Shown here: piece after piece, positions 11,590-18,930 of the stretch
How positions within the stretch are numbered: the stretch's first letter is position 1
Layout: each line of letters begins with the position of its first letter
Assembly: GCA_021774735.1 (NCBI GenBank)
Contig: JAJFIS010000041.1
Coordinates: forward strand, 91,844-155,843
From: Alphaproteobacteria bacterium
GTDB taxonomy: Bacteria > Pseudomonadota > Alphaproteobacteria > Sphingomonadales > Kordiimonadaceae
Reading direction: 5' to 3'
Length of the DNA: 64,000 bases
The notes under the pieces: model-generated
The model's input: only the letters and a program-made list of their open reading frames with translations
What the model was told of the DNA's origin: nothing
Databases searched by the model: none
Position numbers and translations under genes: made by a program

Positions 11590-11745
11590 AAAATTCAAAA
11601 ATTTAGATGAAACCATCGCATATCAAATGCATATATTATCATACATAAAAAAAGTACTCTTAGCCTTACACTACATTTGCGAAATAATTAAATATAGCGT
11701 CATAAGGAGTATATAATATATGTCATTATACGATTATTTGGTATA

Positions 11746-12234
11746 CTATACTTCAAAGGACTGTATAAATTGAAGTTCTGTTGTGTTTGATATATCATTC
11801 AATATACGGCATTCTTTTTGCCTAACATATCCTTCACGCTCATAAAAGCGATGCGCTCGCTCAAATCTTAAGTCCGACCATAGGTTGATTATATTATCAC
11901 CGCGCGATTTAACAGCTAACTCCACCAATCGCAGTAAACGCACGGCAAGACCACTACCTCTCATTTCATTTAATATGTATAATCTCTTCAATTCACACAT
12001 CTTTTGGCCTTCTGGCGTATAGCCTATACATCCCACAATCTGGCCAGCTTTTTCTGCCACCCAAACCTCACCACCTTTTGCTTCATAATTGCTGCGTAAG
12101 TTGAAAAGGTCAGCGTCCAAATTTTCAAGGTCGAGGAAAACGCCTTCAAATTCGGCAAAGCACGTACCAATAAGGTTACACAGAGCCTTATAATCGCTGT
12201 CTTCAGCATAGCGTATTGTTAAGTTAGTCATCAA
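11746..12234 (-). CDS. GNAT family N-acetyltransferase
   Basis: 162 aa. It has an acetyl-CoA binding-type motif (RGSGLAVRLLRLVE) and a GNAT-like fold pattern. A 1-nt gap separates it from the upstream gene. Confidence 0.8.
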   Translation of the reverse strand: MMTNLTIRYAEDSDYKALCNLIGTCFAEFEGVFLDLENLDADLFNLRSNYEAKGGEVWVAEKAGQIVGCIGYTPEGQKMCELKRLYILNEMRGSGLAVRLLRLVELAVKSRGDNIINLWSDLRFERAHRFYEREGYVRQKECRILNDISNTTELQFIQSFEV

Positions 12235-12235
12235 C

Positions 12236-13873
12236 TTATTCCAATGGAATTTTTCGTGTCATTAGCCAGTTATTTCTATATTCAAATGATTTATTAACTG
12301 CTTCAATCTCTTTAACTGTCATATCAGGGTGCCATGTCTCAAAAATCAATACCACCCTCAAACTATCACTGCCATTGATCGCCTCATGGTCAAAACTATC
12401 ATCAAAGGCCAACACTTTCCCCTCTTGCCATTGCCTCCATTCATCAGCACATCGGATTCGACAACTTTCTGGTACTATGATTGGGAGATGTACCGTCATT
12501 CGGTTATTTGCAACGCCAAAATGCGGTGGGATATGTTGGTTGGGTTTGAGTAGTGAGAAAAAAGCCTCTATTGGGTTTTCACCGTGTTTCGCGATTGGTG
12601 TCTTTAACAGAGCCGCAATAGTTTTCGGGAAGTAAGGGGCTATTTCTTCATTAACTTTCGCCTCCCTAAAAAGGTCAACAGCTTCCCAATTCAGAGAATT
12701 TACAAGCGGAGCAAACATGGAGCCTAACACCATGTCAGGCCCTATATAGGGATGGCCCTTTCCAACGATTACAGACTGAGCATTCAAAAACTCCTCTTGA
12801 ATATCAGACGCAACTTTTTCTAAATCCTTCACCCACGGCATATCAATGTCGTCTACAAAAGTAACAGGCTTTAAGCTGGGAATGTAAAATAAATGTGGCT
12901 TTTGGTTCGAATTTTTAAAAGAGAATGGTCTGTCATGAGTTTGCACCCAAACAGCATCAGCTACTCTTTTCTCGTTTGATGTAGTTTTCCGGTGAAGCTG
13001 GCTTAAAAACTTACGATATAATAATTCCAGCTCTCGAGACATACCTTGTTCATTCTGACTGCGCCTTTTATCATTAGCGAAATTTCGCAGGCTTTCGTCT
13101 CTATCACAGCCTAGAGAATACACCTGAAGGGCTTCACCATCTCTCTTCGCCATCAAAAGTGCGTAGGCAGCATAGAGATATGCAACAATATTCTTGGGCG
13201 CTAAATTCAATGTATTTAGATGCGCTTTCAAGCTATTATGTGTATTCCCAAAACCCTGTTCCAACAAAGCTAAATGGTGTTGCAGTAAAGGGTGAAAGTT
13301 GAACAAGCCCGCATACCTGCGCATTGCGCTTAACTCTTCGGCACTATTTCCCAAAGAGGAAGCAATTTCCAACTTCATCGCCAAAGCAAGGGGGTCATTG
13401 GGATTATGCTTCAAACTTTCTTCTAGTTTACTTATTGCAAATGATTTAAACTGTGGTTCTTGCTTTAAAGAACTCATAGCTTCGTCACGAATCTTAGCAG
13501 CCATGACAGCCTGCTCTCTAGAAACGTTATATTTTCCGAGGATATCAACACCCCTATTCACAAGATGCTCCAGATTAAGCATGGGATTACAGGTTACTGC
13601 AAAACCAAATGCTTCTTCTGCATTTTTGTTATCCCCAATAGTTAAATACTCAGCACCAATCTCTACCCACAAATTTGTATTGGTTGGGTTTTCAAGAATT
13701 TTTCTATGTATTTCTTTAATCTTATTATTTGGGTTCATATCATTCGGGTAAATAAGAGTAATGTCATCTGTGAAGGCTGCTCCACCTAAGCACTCAATAA
13801 AGTTTACATTAAGGAATAGAGCTAGATCACAAATCTGCCAAGGATTAATCGCGTGATTGAAGGTAGAAGCCAA
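12236..13873 (-). CDS. TPR-like repeat protein fused to aspartyl/asparaginyl beta-hydroxylase-family 2OG oxygenase domain
   Basis: The C-terminal roughly 200 aa match the AspH/LpxO-family pattern (HIPPHFG..MTVHLPIIVP..WQEGKVLAFDDSFDHEA..RVVLIFETWHP). The N-terminal roughly 300 aa are helical-repeat/TPR-like. Confidence 0.75.
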   Translation of the reverse strand: MASTFNHAINPWQICDLALFLNVNFIECLGGAAFTDDITLIYPNDMNPNNKIKEIHRKILENPTNTNLWVEIGAEYLTIGDNKNAEEAFGFAVTCNPMLNLEHLVNRGVDILGKYNVSREQAVMAAKIRDEAMSSLKQEPQFKSFAISKLEESLKHNPNDPLALAMKLEIASSLGNSAEELSAMRRYAGLFNFHPLLQHHLALLEQGFGNTHNSLKAHLNTLNLAPKNIVAYLYAAYALLMAKRDGEALQVYSLGCDRDESLRNFANDKRRSQNEQGMSRELELLYRKFLSQLHRKTTSNEKRVADAVWVQTHDRPFSFKNSNQKPHLFYIPSLKPVTFVDDIDMPWVKDLEKVASDIQEEFLNAQSVIVGKGHPYIGPDMVLGSMFAPLVNSLNWEAVDLFREAKVNEEIAPYFPKTIAALLKTPIAKHGENPIEAFFSLLKPNQHIPPHFGVANNRMTVHLPIIVPESCRIRCADEWRQWQEGKVLAFDDSFDHEAINGSDSLRVVLIFETWHPDMTVKEIEAVNKSFEYRNNWLMTRKIPLE

Positions 13874-13897
13874 AAGCTTGGATAAGGTTGCTGAGAA

Positions 13898-14335
13898 CTA
13901 TTTAGCTTTATCTGGTGATTTATGTCGCGGCTTAACATAATCTTTAAGAAAGGCAGCAAAATGCAAATCATGTTTTAATATATCTTCAACAAGATCATTG
14001 ATGCCGCCATAAATGCACATCTTCCACTCTTCTAATGTTTTGTTATCCGTGCATATAGTTTTGGTTTTTTCTAAAATATCAACATGTGCTTGATTGTGCT
14101 TGCTCACCTCATAGCCATATCCGCGCATGATTTCCTCTTCTTCGATAAAATGTTCAGATAGCTTCAAACAAAATAAATCCCAGCGTACGCGGCACTGATC
14201 AAGGTCACCCTCAAGCCATGCGTCAACAGTATCATTGATCAGGCTCACCAAATATTGATGATATTCATCAATGTCAGAGACCCCGACAATAAAAGCGTCC
14301 GATAGCTCTAACTTTTTTAAATACCTGTCATCCAT
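13898..14335 (-). CDS. Hemerythrin-like metal-binding protein
   Basis: Motifs DIDEYH, SEHFIEEEEIM and HNQAHVDIL fit the H / HxxxE / HxxxH hemerythrin ligand pattern. The last H-x4-D element looks atypical (KHDLHF). Confidence 0.75.
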   Translation of the reverse strand: MDDRYLKKLELSDAFIVGVSDIDEYHQYLVSLINDTVDAWLEGDLDQCRVRWDLFCLKLSEHFIEEEEIMRGYGYEVSKHNQAHVDILEKTKTICTDNKTLEEWKMCIYGGINDLVEDILKHDLHFAAFLKDYVKPRHKSPDKAK

Positions 14336-14538
14336 TCGCTATAACTCACGAAAGTTTATTGTTTTACTATTCAAGCAAGTTACCTAAAAAGCCTTAAAGA
14401 ACAAATAATATTAATTCACATTTAAGCAGACTTGATGAATTATTATTTAACACCAACCTAAGAAAAATTCACATAAATTAAGTTTAGTTATAAATAGAAA
14501 TAGAAAACTCTTAACTAAACCAACATCAAATAACCATT

Positions 14539-14571
14539 AAAAAGCCGCTCAGCTTTATGCTAAACGGCTTT
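14539..14571 (-). terminator. Rho-independent terminator of rpsD
   Basis: Minus strand: AAGCCGUUUAGC-AUAAA-GCUGAGCGGCUU (12 bp including 2 G-U pairs), followed by UUUUU. Confidence 0.65.
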
Positions 14572-14608
14572 TGAATTTTTAAGTCTGATTACGGGTTTAA
14601 ATAGCCAA

Positions 14609-15220
14609 TTAACGGCTGTAAAATTCAACAACCAAATTTGGCTCCATCACAACAGGATAAGGCACTTCATCCAGCGTTGGCACGCGGACGAATGTCGCTT
14701 TAGCGCCATCAACGCTCAAATATTCTGGCAAATCACGCTCGTTGCTCTGGCCCGCTTGCAACACCATGGGGATAGTGCGCGATTTTTCACGAATCTCAAC
14801 AACATCGCCGGCTTTAATCATCCGGCTTGGGATGTTACAGCGCTTACCATTCACCAGCACATGGCCGTGATTGACAAATTGACGGGCAGAGAAAACGGTC
14901 GGTACAAACATTGAACGATACACAACAGCGTCAAGACGGCACTCAAGAATACCAATCAGGTTTTCGCTGGTGTCACCCTTGCGGCGAACCGCTTCGTCAT
15001 AATAACGGCGGAATTGCTTTTCGAGAATATTACCGTAATAGCCTTTCAGCTTTTGTTTAGCGCGCAACTGCACACCAAAGTCGCTGAGCTTACCTTTACG
15101 GCGTTGACCGTGTTGGCCGGGGCCATAATCACGCGAATTAACTGGTGACTTTGAACGGCCCCAGATATTTTCGCCCATACGGCGGTCGAGTTTATATTTC
15201 GCTTGAATACGCTTGGACAT
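14609..15220 (-). CDS. rpsD: 30S ribosomal protein S4
   Basis: 203 aa with typical S4 N-terminus ([22 protein letters not shown]) and an S4 RNA-binding domain. Confidence 0.97.
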   Translation of the reverse strand: MSKRIQAKYKLDRRMGENIWGRSKSPVNSRDYGPGQHGQRRKGKLSDFGVQLRAKQKLKGYYGNILEKQFRRYYDEAVRRKGDTSENLIGILECRLDAVVYRSMFVPTVFSARQFVNHGHVLVNGKRCNIPSRMIKAGDVVEIREKSRTIPMVLQAGQSNERDLPEYLSVDGAKATFVRVPTLDEVPYPVVMEPNLVVEFYSR

Positions 15221-15289
15221 TGAATCGCTTCCTTAAAATTGCGCCACAGACGTGCCCAAGTCCTTGTCGATATGCTCGACGTGCAAGAT

Positions 15290-15332
15290 AGAGGGCTGTG
15301 TGTCTGCGCGGACAGGGACACTATTGCCCTCT
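15290..15332 (-). promoter_or_regulatory. Compound hairpin in the long rpsD 5' leader
   Basis: Outer 7-bp stem AGAGGGC/GCCCTCT (15290-15296 / 15326-15332) and inner 5-bp stem GTGTC/GACAC (15300-15304 / 15317-15321). Confidence 0.5.
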
Positions 15333-15354
15333 CCATTCGATTAACAGTGCGCGG

Positions 15355-15383
15355 GATATAGGCGGCTTCATGGCCGAAGTCAA
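15355..15383 (-). promoter_or_regulatory. Sigma70-like promoter of rpsD (TTGACT-17 nt-TATATC)
   Basis: On the minus strand the -35 TTGACT lies at 15383-15378 and the -10 TATATC at 15360-15355, with a 17-nt spacer. This implies a leader of roughly 125-130 nt. Confidence 0.55.
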
Positions 15384-15417
15384 GCATATTAGCACCCTAC
15401 AGAGACTAAAGCGGTAA

Positions 15418-16344
15418 TCATTCCTTTAGTTTATTGATATGATTTTCCAAAAGGGCACTAAACACAGTCGGCTGATCAATCATGATGAAATGAAAACTGT
15501 CATCAACCAGTTCAATTTTAACCCCTTCAAGCAGGGCATATTGGGCTGTAAATAACTGTTTTAATTGGTCCCTTGCAAAAGGCATAGCGGTCGAATAGGC
15601 GACTACTACAGTTATAGGAACTTTTATTGCGGCCAATGCCGCGCGGTAATCCATGCTCAGCGTTTCAGAAATAGCTTTAGCAATAGTCCCTTGGTCTGAT
15701 GCTTTCGTCCAGCCTTCAAGGGTTGGTAAAAATGAAGCTGTATTCGACAGTATAGGCAGCCCTTGTATCTGGCTGGTGATAAAAGCTTTATGGGGCATCG
15801 CCTTCATTTGATCGCCCAAATATCCCGCACGGGTCTTCGCTGCTTCTGGACTAGTTCCGGGCATAAACAGACCTGCCAAAAAAGGTAAACTGTCTACGAC
15901 CACAACACTTCCTACAAGTTCAGGATGCTCCCGAGCCAACATTAAGGACATCAACCCACCGATCGAATGGCCAATAACAACTGCGTCTTTAACCTTGTCC
16001 TCGGCTAGAGCATGCGCAATCTCAGCAACAGTTGATTTCAGAAAAGGCATATTTCCGGTTCTTGCGGGTTCGCCAGCAAAGCCGGGGGCAGTCACTATGT
16101 AGATAGTATAATCTGCTTTGTATTTCTCAACCCAGTCACGCCACAAATCACCATGAGTGGAAAGACCGGGTATGAAAACCATAGCTGAGCCATTGGCTTT
16201 ACCTTCCTGCACAATACTCAGACTAAGAGCAATATTACTAAAAGTTAGGAATGGAATGATGATGGCAAATATTTTCAAATATGATTTCAGCATGTGGTTA
16301 TCCTTATGTCGAAGTTTATTATGAATGTAAAGTAAGCTTGACAT
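15418..16344 (-). CDS. Secreted alpha/beta-fold hydrolase
   Basis: GHSIGG nucleophile elbow. A signal-peptide-like MLKSYLKIFAIIIPFLTFSNIALS begins at the second Met (16293), which is probably the real start. Confidence 0.8.
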   Translation of the reverse strand: MSSLLYIHNKLRHKDNHMLKSYLKIFAIIIPFLTFSNIALSLSIVQEGKANGSAMVFIPGLSTHGDLWRDWVEKYKADYTIYIVTAPGFAGEPARTGNMPFLKSTVAEIAHALAEDKVKDAVVIGHSIGGLMSLMLAREHPELVGSVVVVDSLPFLAGLFMPGTSPEAAKTRAGYLGDQMKAMPHKAFITSQIQGLPILSNTASFLPTLEGWTKASDQGTIAKAISETLSMDYRAALAAIKVPITVVVAYSTAMPFARDQLKQLFTAQYALLEGVKIELVDDSFHFIMIDQPTVFSALLENHINKLKE

Positions 16345-16383
16345 ATCAAGGAATAAAAGACTATGTCAAGCTTACTTTACATT
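16324..16383. repeat. Perfect 22-bp inverted repeat with 16-nt spacer
   Basis: AATGTAAAGTAAGCTTGACATA (16324-16345) is the exact reverse complement of TATGTCAAGCTTACTTTACATT (16362-16383), checked base by base. Confidence 0.95.
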
Positions 16384-16523
16384 TTGCATTAATTTACATC
16401 GAAAGTTATGCTTCCCACCGCATCGCTTCTTCCTTTTATATTGGTATTACAACTACCCACATCAATATTCTTGAAGTCGGTCCAGAAGCTTCTGATACTC
16501 ATGGCTAATCGAAGGAAAATAAC

Positions 16524-16678
16524 ATGCAAAAGCCATCATTCATTCGCGCCATCGAGCTAAGCACTATTACCTTTATCAGCACAATATATGTCGGCACTCT
16601 ATTATGGACTGATGATGTTGCAATGAAGGCTTTGGTGGCTGGGGTGTCACGCTGGGCATTCCTGAAATGGCAGGTTTG
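16524..16678 (+). CDS. Hypothetical small (51 aa) membrane protein
   Basis: ATG is preceded by AAGGAA. Translation: MQKPSFIRAIELSTITFISTIYVGTLLWTDDVAMKALVAGVSRWAFLKWQV. No family recognised. Confidence 0.3.
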
Positions 16679-16728
16679 AAAATAATAGAATAGGGATATG
16701 TCTTATAAAAATGAAAGGAAGAGCCCGT

Positions 16729-17772
16729 TTAATTAAGTCTCGCTTTTGCTCCTCCTAAATCTTCCCAATTGCATCTATACATTGGGTCTGGCATTTCTCT
16801 TGCGCTATCAATAGCCAATCCAGTCAAGTAACGAACGCCATTTTCTTTACATTTTTCCGCTTGCTTGAGCGAATCTACACCATGAGCAAAAACCATAAAG
16901 CCCAATTTATTTGCTCTATACATAAAAACTTTCAGCATCTTTTCAAATAAGACGAAATCTTTATCAGAGCTTATGGCTGGTAAATCAATCGCAACCAAAT
17001 TGATGCCACAGTTGTTTATTTTTTCTAATAAATGAAATTCACTGACTTGAACCACAACAGTAATATTTTTAATTACTTTTTTTAAAGTGTGGATGATGTT
17101 TGCAAGGCGTTCTTCGGGTAAATTATCAGGTATATCAACAAGTTGTAAGTTTATCATATACCGAATATTTCTCGGTAACGCCTTGCAATATTGGTAATAT
17201 TTTTCAATTAATTCTTCATTATGCAAAGTGGTATAGGACAAGGTGCAAGCCGCAATATAGCGAAATTTATTCTTGCTAAGCTCCTTCAACAAACATGTTG
17301 CTTCAATAATACTATAGTAATCATCACTCCACTTTTGCTCGTCTTCTGAAAAAGCAGCATCCGGTATATCTGCATAGCGTTGATACAATGAAAGTTGCGC
17401 CGTTTTTAAGCGCGCTAAACTCCCAATCATTACACTCATTTTAACATCATAAACCGGCTCATAACATAATTGAGCATTCTGAAATGATTCGCTTAAATCT
17501 TTAGATAATTTAGGAGAATTATAGGAATTTGCGTTTTCAAGCGCTGCTTTAATTACCGTTAGACGAGGTTTCCAGCGGTCTCCAAATTCTGAGGTGCTTT
17601 TGTCATAAACATTTGGAATCATGCATGAAATTGTGCAATTAACAGGCTTTTCATCAGCAACACGGCAACCAACATAAGTGGGGCACTCAACTGCAAACAA
17701 ATCAATAGCTTGCTCAACAAACCCCGCATCCAACAATTTAATAACTTTACTCGATATTTCTACCATTCTCAC
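16729..17772 (-). CDS. Degenerate EAL-like domain protein
   Basis: By-eye alignment to EAL landmarks: YEPVYDV..GSLARLK (QPI..EALxR), INLQLVD (EITE), LVAIDL (DDFG), AHGVDS..NGVRYLTG (AEGVE..QG). Catalytic acidic residues are mostly replaced. An N-terminal Cys-containing segment of about 95 aa precedes the domain. Confidence 0.5.
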   Translation of the reverse strand: MRMVEISSKVIKLLDAGFVEQAIDLFAVECPTYVGCRVADEKPVNCTISCMIPNVYDKSTSEFGDRWKPRLTVIKAALENANSYNSPKLSKDLSESFQNAQLCYEPVYDVKMSVMIGSLARLKTAQLSLYQRYADIPDAAFSEDEQKWSDDYYSIIEATCLLKELSKNKFRYIAACTLSYTTLHNEELIEKYYQYCKALPRNIRYMINLQLVDIPDNLPEERLANIIHTLKKVIKNITVVVQVSEFHLLEKINNCGINLVAIDLPAISSDKDFVLFEKMLKVFMYRANKLGFMVFAHGVDSLKQAEKCKENGVRYLTGLAIDSAREMPDPMYRCNWEDLGGAKARLN

Positions 17773-17973
17773 ACCACACTGAAAAATCTACATAGGTGAG
17801 TATAAAGTTTTGTTGTGAATAAAATATAAACAACTTAAAAATTACTTTTAGTAAAGTCTGGTTTTCTCATCGTCGGTAATAAGGGCCTGCACCTGTTGCT
17901 CTGTTGCGCTTAGCTTACTGTGCGCAACCATGGCCCGCGCCAGTGTCGGCACCAACGCCCGTTCCGGCCAGCC

Positions 17974-18867
17974 CTAATCCCTAAATCTTCGTATCAAACT
18001 GCTGGTATCGTGCCGCCCGCCGCCCATGGCCTGCACATCGCTGTAAAATTGATCTACAAGGGCCGTCAGCGGTAAACTTATCCCCAAGTTGTTGGCTTCT
18101 GCCAGCACGATAGCCAAATCCTTGCGCATCCAGTCTACCGCGAAGCCATAATCAAACTTACCATCGATCATGGTTTCCGCCCGGTTTTCCATCTGCCAGC
18201 TTTGCGCCGCGCCCTTGCTGATGACATCCACCACCGCTTTCGCGTCCAACCCTGCGCTCATCGCCAAATGCAGCGCTTCGCTTAGGCCTTGAACCACCCC
18301 TGCGATACAGACCTGATTGACCATTTTGGCGGTTTGCCCCGCCCCCACGGGTCCTAGCAAGCGTACCATTTTAGCATAGGCCTGCATTACCGGCTCAGTT
18401 TTGTCATATATAGCTTGGTCGCCGCCCACCATGATGGTCAGCGCGCCGTTTTCAGCCCCCGCTTGACCGCCAGATACGGGCGCATCCAAAAAGCCTACCC
18501 CACATTCAGCTGCCGCTGCCGCCATTTCACGGGCACAGTCCGCCGATGCCGTTGTATGGTCGGTGAAAACACTGCCCGCATCCATGGCACCAAAGGCACC
18601 ATCCGCGCCCAAGCATATTTCGGCCACGTCTTTATCCGCGCCGACACAGGCGAAAACAAATTCAGCGCCGCTAACCGCCTCTTTGACGCTACTTGCACAG
18701 CGGCCACCATGTTCGCGCACCCATGCCGCAGCCTTGCTGGCTGTGCGGTTATAGACCGTCACGCCGTGGCCCGCTTTTGCCAAATGCCCTGCCATGGGAT
18801 ATCCCATAACGCCCAGTCCTAAAAATGCTAGCTTGCTCACTGCTAAAACCCCGCTACACTGTACCAA
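17974..18867 (-). CDS. NAD(P)-dependent oxidoreductase, 3-hydroxyisobutyrate dehydrogenase family
   Basis: Rossmann motif FLGLGVMGYPMAGHL and the overall HIBADH-family pattern. The real start is probably nearer VSKLAFLG. Confidence 0.85.
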   Translation of the reverse strand: MVQCSGVLAVSKLAFLGLGVMGYPMAGHLAKAGHGVTVYNRTASKAAAWVREHGGRCASSVKEAVSGAEFVFACVGADKDVAEICLGADGAFGAMDAGSVFTDHTTASADCAREMAAAAAECGVGFLDAPVSGGQAGAENGALTIMVGGDQAIYDKTEPVMQAYAKMVRLLGPVGAGQTAKMVNQVCIAGVVQGLSEALHLAMSAGLDAKAVVDVISKGAAQSWQMENRAETMIDGKFDYGFAVDWMRKDLAIVLAEANNLGISLPLTALVDQFYSDVQAMGGGRHDTSSLIRRFRD

Positions 18868-18930
18868 AATTTGAATTAGTCAACAGTGTTAGGCTGCGCG
18901 TATGCTGCTGTCTAGCGGTAAATATAGCGA

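Noticed and set aside
16281-16508. 75-aa plus-strand ORF spanning the palindrome
   Set aside because: It overlaps the hydrolase 5' end and runs through both arms of the inverted repeat. No RBS is present and the composition is unprotein-like.
17848-17973. 41 sense codons continue in frame after the TAG stop of the HIBADH-family gene (GWPERALVPTLARAMVAHSKLSATEQQVQALITDDEKTRLY)
   Set aside because: This could suggest read-through or a decayed C-terminal extension or neighbouring gene. There is no supporting signal and no family resemblance, and the protein looks complete at the TAG, so I treat it as a remnant or coincidence. It could be checked by aligning orthologues.
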